64,000 nucleotides of DNA from the NCBI GenBank assembly GCA_002269645.1, contig NIVC01000449.1, positions 186,001 through 250,000 of the forward strand. The letters are read 5' to 3'. This DNA is from Macrostomum lignano (lineage: Eukaryota). A program made the translations under genes and the position numbers. Positions 1 to 11,588 of the stretch are shown piece after piece; position 1 is the first letter of the stretch; every line of letters starts with the position of its first letter. The notes beneath the pieces are model-generated. The model had not been told where the DNA came from, did not search any database, and saw only the letters and a list, made by a program, of their open reading frames with translations.

Positions 1-450
1 GAAAGATAGAACTGCCAGAAGACTCAGACTAGGCATGGAGGTTCTGCCTCCCCTGCGACTCTCCGCCTCTCTTCCCATTCCTTCCCGAGTTCACGCAGAC
101 TCTGTTCACAGCCAGACTGTCGCAGCCTCTCTCCTCCCACCTGTACGTGAACTTCCGCTGCCTGAGCTGGAGTCTCCAAGCTGAGCTGCTCCGCAATCGC
201 GCACCTGCAATTAAACTGGATGATTGGAAGCGAGAGCTGGAAGAAGACCCAGACTTGGAGGAGCTGCTCACTCTGGCTCACTACAGCGACTGCCGCGAGC
301 ACGTGGAGCTCAGCCTGCAGCAGATAGAGATGATCGAGGAAGAGAGACGCGTCGCCATGGAGATGTAGGACGAGGAGAAGATCGGCTGGGTCAGGCAGAA
401 GCGGGAGAGACTGAAGAAGCGGCAGAAATACAGGCCATCCGGTAGATTTC
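1..450 (+). pseudogene. 3' end of a cGLR/Mab-21 paralog of gene B, disrupted by nonsense codons
   Basis: About 20-412 aligns almost base-for-base with 16300-16690 (DSDWAWRFCLPCDSPP...RQKR). In that frame TGG is replaced by TAG at 30-32 and CAG by TAG at 366-368. The 5' part lies outside the window. Confidence 0.8.
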
Positions 451-766
451 ATATTTAGGAAAACTGTGCATTCATGTGTAGATATTGTACAAATATGTGC
501 CATTATAATACGCGTGATTTTTGTACATGTCGAATGACCACATGCGCTAAACATGTAATGGGAGCTCGATCTACATGCACATGTAGCTCATGTGCTCGAG
601 CTACACGCCAAAATGACTCTAGGTAAGAATTTTTTGTAAACTGTAGTAATACATTTTTCCAGCTGATTGCAGACTTTGCCTAATGCATGGTTTTTGCTTA
701 AACTGTGTGCCTGCACTAAGAAGTAGTGCTAAGAAATTATTTCCAGCTGTTTGGATACTCTAATGT

Positions 767-797
767 TGATTCGAATCCGGGTCGAGCAGTGGGGATA
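767..797 (+). mobile_element. Degenerate fragment of a tRNA-derived SINE-like repeat (B-box)
   Basis: ttcgaatccgggtcgagcagtgggg matches ttcgagtccaggaccgagccgtgggg at about 19608-19633 (21/26 by eye). It contains a GTTCGA-type B-box variant but no cloverleaf. Confidence 0.3.
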
Positions 798-1887
798 CGT
801 TATCTTTTCTTCGCGGTTTAACAGTAAATTACTGAGAAGCCGTCTGCAACTGCTGACTTCATGCAGAGATGAAATTTTTTAAATTTGTTGTTAATGTCAG
901 TAGATTTTTATTATAAAACTTTTTTGTAATCCTATATACCAAAAATGAAATGTCTGTGTGTGTAGCTGTGAGATGTAGCTAACCATTTTTCTTTGAGGAA
1001 AAAGAATTTTATTCTAATAAACTCATGAGGATCCAACAGCTGCATACGTACCATCTGCACAAACTACATGTACTTCATTCAAACGAAAACCCTATTCGGA
1101 CAGATTTCGAAAATTGTGACACTATCACGACATGACAAAGCTGTGTTTTCACGGATTTTTTTTAGCTTAATAGAGTTTGAGATGGTCTTTATCCGTGGGA
1201 AATACTTAATAAGTGAGTCATTCAAGCAGCTCAAAATACAATGGAGCATTCGAGATACCGAAGTATGCACTGGTACAAGGGTACTTCCATGTACATGTAT
1301 TGCTGCCTTACTGCTGTCTAATTCTTCAATGAATGAAACGATGGAGTCACTGTTGTTTACCGCTTCAACTTAATATTACGAGTACAACGTCATTTAAAAA
1401 TTCTTATAGTCACAAAAGATTCAATGCGACGCAAAATCTATCTTATAATATAACTGATAAAGATATTTATTTTTAGCACAAGATTTGATTCATATCTTGC
1501 ACAAAGAGACTATTCTAGCTTCTGCTCTATGGAATTAAGCTTGTTCACAATGGTACAAACAGAAAAAAATGGTGATCAAACGGCTTCTCCATATGATTTC
1601 GTCTCTCTGTATGAGTCGATAGTTCAGTTGCGATAGATCAAAGCATGTAACCTACACACTGATACCTCGTATGCAATTACGAGTATATTTCGAGTATTGA
1701 AGCTTAAAATAAACAAAATTGCTGAGTGAAACAGGAGGAGAACCAAAATCATAGGATAAAAGAAAAAGCAAGGAAAGGCAGAAAAAAATTGCGAGGGCAA
1801 AACGCGCTGCTCAGACCATCGCGCACGCACGTAAAAGGCCAACCGCGCCCAGCACCCCACGCACCCCCACCCCCCACACGGGAGCAC

Positions 1888-2318
1888 GAGAAATGCCCGC
1901 AGACAAATTGCCCGCCGAGATTTGCCCGCAAGAGATTTGCCCGTGGAGATTTGCCCGCCGAGCTTTTCCCGCCGAGATTTGTCCGCGATGCTTTTTTATT
2001 GCAGCGCATTTGGCAGCTAGATTCTGTCTGCATTGCCCCCCCCCTCCCAGAAAATGCATTTGATATGCAGTTACTGTCAAAACGTTTTGATCGTGTACTC
2101 GTAAATCTCTTTATTAAGATTTACATGTACTAAGCATTGGGAATGCAATGCAGACAAATGGCCAAATGCGCTGCAATAAAAAAGCATCGCGGGCAAACCT
2201 CGGCGGGAAAAAACTCGGCGAGCAACTCACTCGCGGGCAAATCTCTTGCGGGCAAATCTCCACGGGCAAATCTCTTGCGGGCAAATCTCGGCGGGCAATT
2301 TGACTGCGGGAATTTCTC
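1888..2318. mobile_element. Foldback/MITE-like element with long imperfect inverted arms
   Basis: 1888-2036 is the reverse complement of about 2145-2318. Both arms are built from gcccgc(a/c)(a/g)agattt subrepeats. The spacer of about 108 bp contains an 8 bp hairpin gtaaatct/agatttac (2101-2124). cccccacacg occurs on both flanks (1871-1880 and 2329-2338). Confidence 0.65.
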
Positions 2319-2799
2319 ATGGACCCCCCCCCCACACGCCGGCACAAAGAACAGCCCGCGCAAGCACGCAAAAAGACGACCGTCCTGTCAGCTCAACGCG
2401 ATTACAGCGCCAGTGCCCCAGCACTGAAATCGCCAATTTTAACGCCGTAAAGAGTCAGACTTTTCAGTTGTAAGCTATCCATTGGTAGCACTGCCAACCG
2501 TGCTACGAAATTATGCAGATACGCTTTGAAAATTTAAACACAAAAGTTTCTCTCCCTTTGCAAGCTCGAGATTTTATCTGCCTTTGCAACGCTCTCCGAC
2601 GGCCAACGGCTGCATGGATTTGTTATCTTTTGCGCCATCTCCCTCTTCAGCTTTAAAGAGGCAAATCGAAATCAGCTTCAGGCTACCAGATGGAGGAGTG
2701 TCCTTTTAAGACAAACCTCCTTGCATTTCGCTAGCTAGTCAGTAAAAGCTAAGTCCAATCGAAGAAAAAAAGCTTTAACAAGCTGCAGACTGGACCGCA

Positions 2800-5700
2800 A
2801 TGAGTATGCTACCTGAGCTGAAGAGCGCCGCCATGGACGGCAGAGTCGGCAAGGTGCGGCAGTTTCTACGGAGCAGCGTCAGTCCGGACGTCGCTGACGA
2901 CCGGCAGAGGACGGCGCTGCACTGGGCAGCCGAGCGAGGCCAGTCCAGGGTGGCGAGGCTTCTTATCGAGGCCGGAGCTCAGCTGGACGCTCAGGACAGC
3001 AGCGGAGCGACCGCTCTGCACCTGGCCTCGATGCACGGTCACCGGGATGCGGTCCGGCTGCTGCTCGAGTCCGAGGCCGACACCAGCCTGGTGACGAAGT
3101 CCAGCTCCTCGGCGCTGCACCTCGCCTCGCGGAACGGCCACCTCGAAGTCGTGCAGCTGCTGAGCCGGCAGGCCGACTGCGATCAGCAGCTCGAAGACGG
3201 AGACTCGCCGGTGCACCTGGCTGCTCAGCTCGGGCAGCAGCTCGTGCTCGCTGCTCTGCTGCTGGCAGCCGCGGATCCGAGCGCCAGGAATGCGCGCGGC
3301 CAGACCCCGCTGCACTCCGCGGCTCTCCACGGCCAGCGGGCCGCCATTGAGCTGCTCGTTCGGGCGGGAGTTGCCGCCGACTCGTTGGCCAGCGACGGGT
3401 CGACTCCGCTGCACGCTGCGGCAGCGATGGGGCACGAGGCCACCGCCCAGACTCTGCTGCAGCTCGGCTGCGGGCTCGGCGACATTACAAAGGACGAGCT
3501 CAGCGCTGCTGCCGACCTTGCTGGTCGTTTTGGACATCACGAAATCCTGCATCTTCTGCTCTGCCGTGCGGATCACGTTAGTGGAATTCTACGGGAAGAG
3601 TCACGAAATGGTCTAGGCCAGATTCAAAGCGAGATAACTCGTAGCCAACACACAATTCAAATGCCTGACGAATATGTACGCGGGGAAAGGTAATGTACCT
3701 TACTCGTTCAGCTGCATACCAACCCCTCTGAAATTACCTGTGTTGTTTTTTTCAACTTTAGCATGCGAGACCCACTTATCAATATGCAACCTGGAGAAGA
3801 CGAACATTATGCTCATCATCGTGCAATCATTGATGAACGCGAAAGCAGCAATCAACTGCACCTGGCACTAAACAAGTCCGGTTTTGTCCTCGATCGTGTG
3901 AAACTGCAATCAGCATGCTCCGATGTTTTGCGACAAATTCTGATAAAACGACTCGATACTACTGAGTTCAGTGACTATCAAGTGCACATCGTTGGGAGCT
4001 ACAGTGAAGGCTGGTCCAACAGCTTGATTCGGCTGGACGGTAGAACTGACGCAGACTCAGACATCGATGTTTGCCTCATTGCCACAGGCATGCTGTTCCA
4101 TCTCAAAGGCACTTGTAGCTGCATCAACTTCTCATTTGGTGGGGAACGGCACGTGGAAGTGGAGTACGAAAATGGTCACATCTATTTGCCTGAGTCGCGT
4201 AAGAAAGCTTATATGTACAAGTAAGAGTTGTCATTGCATGCCTATAGGATATACAAAAGTGCCCCGATGCCTGCAATTTTCAGCTGCCAATCCGTCGCAG
4301 ACATGGAGAGGATGCAGCATGAGGCCCGCAGTCGATCTTGTGTGGGCGTTCCGCTGCTGTTGCTACCCTCCGGTGGCAGTCCTGGAGACAGGGTACAACA
4401 CAAATATTGCTCCATCAGTGCTGGCAGCTCTGAGGCAGGAGACGATCGACTCTCCGTGCCACCTGGTGTCAGCGGCTACCCCTGGCAAGGACGGACAGCA
4501 GCTGAGGGTCAGCACCACCTTCCTGGAGCGAAGGCTGCTCAGAAGCCTCACAACCGAGCAGGGACACGTGTTCGTGCTCATCAAGTTCATCATAAAGAAA
4601 CTGATTGCAGCTCGCACGAATGGGCTAAAGACTTACATAGCTAAAAACCTCATGTTCTACCTACTGGATGAAACACCTGTTGGTGATTGGGAGACCAACA
4701 AGCTGATTAGTCTTGCACGGAGAGCGCTACTGAAGCTGCTGGAGTGTTTGGGAGAAGTTTCGGACCCTGATAAGTGCATAAGACACTTCTTCATGAGAGA
4801 CGCCTGGGTATATCTGAAGAGACGTCACTCTGGAAAAGAGGCGATCGCACGGGTTGTGAGCAGTGTAGTCGATGAGCTGCCCCAGATTGCTCTGCGCTTC
4901 AAAGAAAGTTTACAACCGTTGGAAGAGGGCGAAGCGATGAGTTTTCATCCGTTTCTGATCTTGCCAGTGTTTAATCCAAGACCAGTGCCAATGTCTTCAA
5001 TGCTGCAGTTCCACGATGTGTATGACGCGATCCGGTTCCTGATACTACAGCTGGCCAACAGACATATCAACGGGGCAAACAAAAACGTCGAGTTGTTGAA
5101 GATAGCTCAGCGAATTCCAGACTTTGCTCGTTTTCCAAAACACTGTCTGACGGCGTTGATTCACATGAAGTTTGGCGAATGGTCTGCAGCATATTGGGCC
5201 TTGAAGTCCTGCCACTATCACCGGGTGAGCAAGGGTTTGACCAACAGGGGTGAGCCAGCAACAGATGCAGAGGCGCAGTTGGCTGTGTGGCAGCATCTGG
5301 AGAGCGTCAACTCAGTGTGGAAGGTCTTGATTCCGGTGGACGAGCCGCTGCTTTTGTATTTCCTTCCAACCAGACTCCGGAAGTGCTTCTCACTGACTTC
5401 GGGCCAATTCAACTGGTATTACATGAACTTCGATGCGCTGCTAAGAGGCCTCAGCATGTGGATGGATCATAGCAAGCCATTTGAGCTGTGGTTCGAAGAA
5501 GTTCTGCAAAGCAGGAAGCCGGATATTGCAGAGCTGCTCGTCACTTTCGAATTTTGTCGCGATGCTGACCTACTAGTTCGGCTGATTCAGAAGCACCGAA
5601 GGGACATCTGCGACCATCAGATGACAAGGCACAGGGTCAAAAAGCTGATGCAGCTGAGGGTGAGTCAGATGTGAAATACTCGTAGAATGGTATTGAAGTA

Positions 5701-6479
5701 TTCTGGTAAATGACACGTTCATTAAGGCAAAACAAAGACAAACCACTCCTGCACACATATGAACTCGTGGATACTTTACGCAGGCACACACTCCCACAGG
5801 GTGTACAGCGGTTTCCTCTTGTGGGTATGCATTGCATTACACAATAACCTTCGACCAATTTTCGGTAGCAAACCCCGAATGAATGTGGCCGCTCACGGAA
5901 CCCGACTTCGTTTTGGCATCGTCTCATCCGCCAAGTCCACCGCTGAATAATCTGCAGCTTCAGCTAACCAATAATCATATCTTTAACTTCTATGCATACT
6001 TTTTGCAGCCATCGTTGGCCAAAAAGAGCGTCGAAAGGACAGAGCGAGTTTTGGCTGGTGGAACCACAGACGGATACTCGAAACATGACAGATCGGCAAG
6101 GCCTTGCGCTGTTCAACTGCTCAAACTCTGCTGCACTCTGTCATTGCTGACCTACTTCGTGAAGCAGGCGAGGAATTGTGGACTGACCATTGGCAAGGAG
6201 TTACTCGTTGCGGCGGTCAGGGCTTTTGCTGCAGTGCAGCGGAGAGGAAGATACTTGGTTCGCGATTCCCTCAGTCTACGGATGGTGGTGCTGCACCATC
6301 TGCTGAGCTGGATTCTGTTCTGGTCTCTGTGTGCAACTGCCAATGTAAACTGGTTTACTGACATTGACCTGTGGCGTCTATTTCTCCTCCATCAGTTAGC
6401 AGCGATTCCAGCCTTTCTCATTTCCACTCTCGTAATATTTTTTAAAAGTGGGCGTGCTTCGCATTTGTTTAATAAATAG
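2800..6479 (+). CDS. Gene A: ankyrin-repeat - cGAS-like/Mab-21 nucleotidyltransferase (cGLR) - putative multi-TM tail. Exons 2800-3689, 3762-4198, 4284-5659, 6009-6479 (about 1057 aa; 905 aa if the last intron is not spliced, stop at 5674)
   Basis: About 8 ANK repeats (TALHxAA/TPLH..G). GT-AG introns 3690-3761 (phase 2), 4199-4283 (phase 1) and 5660-6008 (phase 0; GTGAGT donor, CTAAC at 5964, ttttgcAG acceptor) join four listed ORFs in frame. Mab-21/cGAS motifs: IVGSYSEGW, DSDIDV, VDLVWAF, LRVSTTFLERRLL, LKTYIAKNLMFY. The first three exons are well supported; the fourth less so. Confidence 0.85.
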
Positions 6480-6841
6480 TGCTTGGTAGGACAGGGTTCT
6501 AAAATTCTTGGCTGCATGCAGAATCTGAAAAATATATCTAAGATTTTATGTTTTCAATAGGTATTTCGGCGCTTAAATCTTTATGCACACATGCTTAAAT
6601 AGCAAAGCATCATCAGCGTTCATGTTAGTAGTATGTTTCAAAATGATCTGAAGAATTTAAATATATGAATATCCTAACCAACTTTAAAAATGCGGTACTT
6701 CAGCGGCTGCCTTTGATAGAGCAGCTCTCTCTCTGTTAAAGGGATATTTTGCAGTCTATGCAAAAAACACAGCATGACCTTCGTGTCAACTACGAGCCGT
6801 ATCCTAATCATAGAGGATAAAGTCACAAATATCCACTCACA

Positions 6842-7830
6842 AAATGTGTCGTGACTCCCGGGTGCAGAACAATGTGCTTAGCGGTTTCTGAGATGGTGAG
6901 ACGGGTTTGAAACCAAAATACGTGATAACAATATGTTTCTATTTTTAATCTTATTCCAAGTAGTTTGTTAAAATACACTGTTCCAACGGAACGGCACTAA
7001 CAACGGGGCGATAGGCTGGCACCATTGCACATTTTGCCTGCGCAGAGTTAGACCAGAAAAGCCTCTTTGTCCGCTTCGCTCACCCGGAAGGGACACTTGC
7101 CCTGCCCCGACCCATCACAGTTTTGTCGTCTCACGGTAGGGGCGTGTCTTTTCACCGTACGAGTATGCATTCGCAATGTTTTGAGTGGGGATTCAGCCTA
7201 TATTGGCCCAAAAATCACTAAGTTAGTTGATTGAGTTAGACATGCACGGTTTCTCCCCTTTTCCGAGCCTCTATTCCCTTCTCTGAAGATCTGACACCTC
7301 GTAATCTGACACATCTTAAAGCTCTTGCTCAACTTGAAAATATTATACCTAGGCTCAGAATGCCTATTTTGAAGATTTCCATCACGGTTACGAAGAGTTT
7401 CACTTACTAGCTCAGGAAGTGGTCAAGAGAGTCATAATTGACCTGTCAGCTAGGCAGAAAGCCGACAGCAACTAAGATTTGGACAGCTCCATTTAACAGG
7501 CTGCTTTCGTGAAGCCAAATTTTTTTGTTGAGCAGCCCAGCCTATCGAGCTTGTAAAAGAGAAAGCTGACGTTTTCCTACGAACTAATCGCATTTTTGTA
7601 CCAGCACAGTCCATACGCCTACAATTTCCTGCAGACAGTCAGCTTTTTGATTGTAAGGAATCTGCAGAATAGTAGAATCTGCAGAATAATAGAATAATGA
7701 CCCTGATATCAAGGCAACAGAGATTGACTACCTTGTCCAAACTTGAGAGGGCAGTGCTTCTTGCTATTGATGAAATCTATCCAATGAGCTTGCCAAAACT
7801 GTGTATGCTTTCTTGATCTAGTCGCATCAA
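6842..7830 (+). mobile_element. Decayed P-element/THAP9-like DNA transposon fragment
   Basis: Manual translations: KCVVTPGCR (6842) and RVCIR (7160) are THAP-like. YELIAFLYQHSPYAYNFLQ (7578-7634), LERAVLLAIDEIY (about 7742-7780) and, frameshifted, ELAKTVYAFLI* (7786-7821) resemble P-transposase LYxxSPxAY, LxxDE and ATxxxxFMI motifs. Stops and frameshifts are present and no TIRs were found. Confidence 0.5.
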
Positions 7831-8199
7831 TTACATGGTGACTTTTGGGTAGGCTGTTTCTCTGATTCCAAGAACTAAACTCATTCTGTTCTGGACCTCC
7901 AAAAGAACCTAAATGATTGCCTTGCTCCCCTCTTGACCGGGATCACTTGATACTTCTGTATGAAGGCCTCTTTCACGGACTTCTGTGCAAAGACAAGCTG
8001 TAGTCATCAATTCAAAATCCAGTTTCTGGTGAGCCCTCTGTTTCTTCGATCTGATCCGGTGCATTATTTAAAAATGTTTTGAGCCGCCGCTTTTGCGTCC
8101 AGCGACAGATTTTTATTAACAAATCTCTGTCACAAAAGTCTACTTATTTCTAACGACTTACTTGGAGTTTATGCTTTGGTGCAGATGAGTTAACCATAC

Positions 8200-8760
8200 A
8201 CTCGTAATCCAACGACGACAACATCAACAAAAAAGTCTGCTCCCCCGTCGGAGTCAGAATGAGGACTCTCGCATCCCTCAGAAGCAGCTCGGGATATCGG
8301 GTCGTTCGCCCTTGGCCTCGTCTTCGCTGATACTGCGCCGTCCACAACAGCAAGCCGTGTAACAGCTCGCCGCAGCGACTCCCCAACCGAATGATGCGGC
8401 CAACCAAGCCTGAGTCACTGCTCACGCAGCAGATCAGAAGGCTGCGTTAGGCCGGCTCTAGTGTAGAGCGTGATCTCGGACTCGGCGCCTGGGCCGCAGC
8501 GCATACCGAACGCAGAGCAAAGCATCGCAGAGTGCACGGCGTCCAGCTGTTTCTCCAGAAAATTCGGTTTCGACGACTGCCGAAACAGCTGATCCCTGGT
8601 CGCGTCACCGATTGCACGGGTGAGTATGCCCAGGCCTGCCGGCGTCTAATGACGCATACGAAATTTCGGCTGCGCGGAAGAGGGGTCTTGTCCCTGGCAG
8701 GATCTCGGTAAGTGTTCTCGGCAGGTTGTTTCAGCGGCACGGGGAAGACTTCCAGCCGAT
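8200..8760 (-). mobile_element. Decayed 3' end of an RTE-like non-LTR retrotransposon reverse-transcriptase ORF
   Basis: Across shifting frames: IRRRQAWA, then DQLFRQ...LEKQLDAVHSAMLCSAFG...TLYTRAGLTQPSDLLREQ*LRL, then LVGRIIR...RRRGQGRTTRYPELLLRDA. This matches the post-RT C-terminal pattern (LYxRAGL..S.LLRxRRL.L.GH.IR) of RTE-group elements. Confidence 0.6.
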
Positions 8761-9363
8761 CCTCGCTGACGCTTTTTTCAAGCTATCCAGCAATCTTTGA
8801 AACATTTTTGACCGTTAAAGACAGAAACGCGAGATCGTCCGCGTGGTCGAGAACACAGAGACGCTTCTCTCAGAAGTTCTACTCTGTTGTATTTGGACAA
8901 TTGCGAGGCGTGGTCTGCTAACCGGCGATCATCACACCACTGGAAATACTTAAATATCTCAAATGCAGCATCAGAATCACAATTGCGGCAAACCAGCAGG
9001 CAAGGCAAGCTTTTTCTTCCCGAATCCTAATCAATGTAATTCAGATTTTCCAGAAGATTTTTGTAAATTAGTGATGTGTTCCTTATTACCTGACTTCGAT
9101 AATCAAGGAACAATAACTTCTAGCTCAGTAGCTAGGCAACCCAGTACGTCAACAGAAGGTATTCAATTACCTTGCGTCCTTAAATGAGAGCTCTCGTCAA
9201 TAATCCTTGTTCGTTGTTCTCGCTATCAGTAGCGTTCCTGTCCTTCAGGAAGTGTAGACGTCTAGTCACAGTTGATCTGGTCCGGTATCTCCTTTGTCCT
9301 CTCTGACTTCTTGCCGGCCGGTATCTGTAGTTCGGACCAATCGGAAGCTTCCAAATTAACAAT

Positions 9364-10100
9364 GGGGATCCCTGCGCCAAACTGCGGTCTTAATTAAGCC
9401 TCCTTCTAGCAGTGCCTCTATGCACTCTAGGAATAGCTCCGGAAACCACTGATAGTCTTCTAAGATCTATCAGGGGCAGTCCTTCTGGAGACTGCAACCA
9501 GTAGAGTCTAAACAGACTCAAGAGTCTCAACAGACTCACAATAAACTCAAGTCACTCTTGACTTGAGCGAGACGTCTCTAACAACAACGGCGCAAATAAG
9601 GAAGGCTTACCGCAACGACTCGACCGAGTCTTAGTCCAGGAAGTCCGACTATGACTTCCTCTTCGAAGCTCTTCTCCTGCCGGAGGAAATTGTGGCTCCG
9701 GGTCCGTTCCGGACCACTTGTATTTATAGGCAAATGGACCCCCATGAAGTCACGTGGGTCCAACTCTTCAACTGTCAAAAAGGTCACGGTTTGGTTGCTG
9801 TCAAAAATGGAAGGTTAGAAAGTTACTCCATTAGTTTAGTGTAAAAACGCATGATTGGTTATCGCATTCGAGTTATTTTTAGTTACATTTGATTGGTTCG
9901 CGTGCGTACGGTTGAATTATACATCTCTCCTGGGGTTTGCGTTTGACAAGTGCGGGTTACACGTGATTGGGTGATTTCTAAAATTAGCATGCTCGAGGTC
10001 TCCCTCTTCCTATTGGTTAGTCAGAATCTACGCTTAGTTCAAAGCATGCCTTTATTCATGCTCTTCAATTTACTACTAAATAAAATGTATGAGTAGTACA
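9364..10100 (-). mobile_element. Candidate LTR with primer-binding-site-like motif and Pol II promoter elements
   Basis: On the minus strand: TGTA start at about 10100, four CCAAT boxes (about 9855, 9893, 9968, 10013), two CACGTG E-boxes, TATAAATA at 9721-9728, and ...CA at 9383-9384 followed after 3 nt by TGGCGCAG (9379-9372; tRNA-Ser-like 8-mer). No second LTR or intact gag was seen. Confidence 0.35.
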
Positions 10101-10989
10101 TTAACACTTTTATGTCTTCTTTACGGGAGGTAGAACACTCTACATTAGATTGACTTCGAAAATTCAAAGAACAAGATGGAAACGAATCGCTAGGAGTTAT
10201 TGATTTTAAGATAATCATATTTAAATTGTAACAAGAGATTTTTACATTTTTTGACTACAATAAAAAGTCATAAATTTGAAGATTGTTTTTATACTAGGAG
10301 CAGCGAATGAAGTGGCCGCTCTCAGGCTCGGGTAGTCAAAAATCTTCAAATTTATTTATAGAGAAAAACGAGACTAAACCGGTACGAGTCTCAATTTTTA
10401 TGTTGCTTTTGGCGAGCAAAGCGAGGCTATCCTGGTTAAACGATTGGCTGATCTGCAGTTTAGTTTAGTTACTCTAGCCTGGATTAGACAGGGACAGCTG
10501 GTAGATCGACGAGAGGCTTCACTGGGTGGCGCCTCGGCAGACCAGTCCTTAGTCCGGTAGAAACAAATAAACTGCTTGCCTGCCCTCTACGGTCCTCTGC
10601 CAAAGCCGCTTATGTGCTCACCCACTGCTTGATTCACCCTAAGCGAATCGATTGAAGAACTTAATCGATCTGAGCTCCTCTTTTCACTGCGCCAGCCGTA
10701 CGTCCAGCCCACCACACGGCAAATGCGCTCAGCGTGTTTCTCTTGCAGTATTTTATGTCTACACGGTTACCCAGCCTGCATTGTATCTGCTTCGATCTGC
10801 AAGCCTCTTGAGTCAATTCCTGCAGACTGACCAGCGTACCAGTAAGTGTATTTGTTGTTCAAAAGTAAGCTTTTAACTGATTAAACTGATAGAAATTTGT
10901 TTAAAAATTTTTATAAGGCTATGAGACTTAGATAAACTTGCGAAAGTGGTCAGAGCTAAGCTCAGCAGATTTGATAGAGTTAGAGTAAG

Positions 10990-11320
10990 AAATGAGCCTT
11001 CTCACCCATCTCTCTCCCTCTCTACTTTTCTCTCCTCTCTCTTATCTTCTCTCACTCTTCTCTCCCTCATTGTTGATCTACCTTCGAATTCTCACTCACC
11101 TGTCTCTCTGCTCTCCTCTCCACTCTCACTCTTCTCCCTACGAGCGTACACTTTTATTACTTCTTTTAATTTATCTGTTCTGTTCTCGCTTCTCTCCCCT
11201 TCTCTCTAGCCTCCTTCTTTCTATCCCCCTCGCTGCTATCCTCCTCTCTTATCTCTAACTTCTTTCATTTCTCTCCTTTCTCGCCCCCTTTTCATTCATT
11301 CCCTTTGATCATTCTTCCTG
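10990..11320. repeat. CT-rich low-complexity tract
   Basis: Polypyrimidine sequence; it explains the spurious Ser/Leu ORFs 10946-11258. Confidence 0.85.
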
Positions 11321-11588
11321 CTCAGCCCATACTTCAGCATGTGTAAAGAACAGTGTTCGGTCATAACTCATCAGGCTGCAAACCAAACAGCGCAATGCCT
11401 GACAGTATAACTAAACGTGGCTTTTTAAAGTTGACCATATTTTAAATTCCTCAATTTTCAAGAGATACGTAACGGACGGAGTGGTCAGACAGTAAGAAAG
11501 ATTCACCAGTCAAGCAGCGCCAAAAGACTTGAAAAAGCTGGAAGAGAAAAAGAGAAGAAGCTGAAACAGAATCTTCAAGCAGAACCAG

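Noticed and set aside
24-554. Minus-strand ORFs antisense to cGLR sequence (also 16278-16848, 2866-3576, 12867-13226)
   Set aside because: These are shadow ORFs of GC-rich coding sequence on the plus strand, with no recognisable motifs.
4221-4226. Alternative donor ACAA|GTAAGA for gene A intron 2
   Set aside because: It is phase 2 and out of frame with the 4283 acceptor. The 4199 donor (phase 1) matches the intron position in gene B.
6009-6479. STING transmembrane domain
   Set aside because: Only generic hydrophobicity and a chance RYLV match were seen. No cyclic-dinucleotide-binding domain follows, so it cannot be supported without a profile search.
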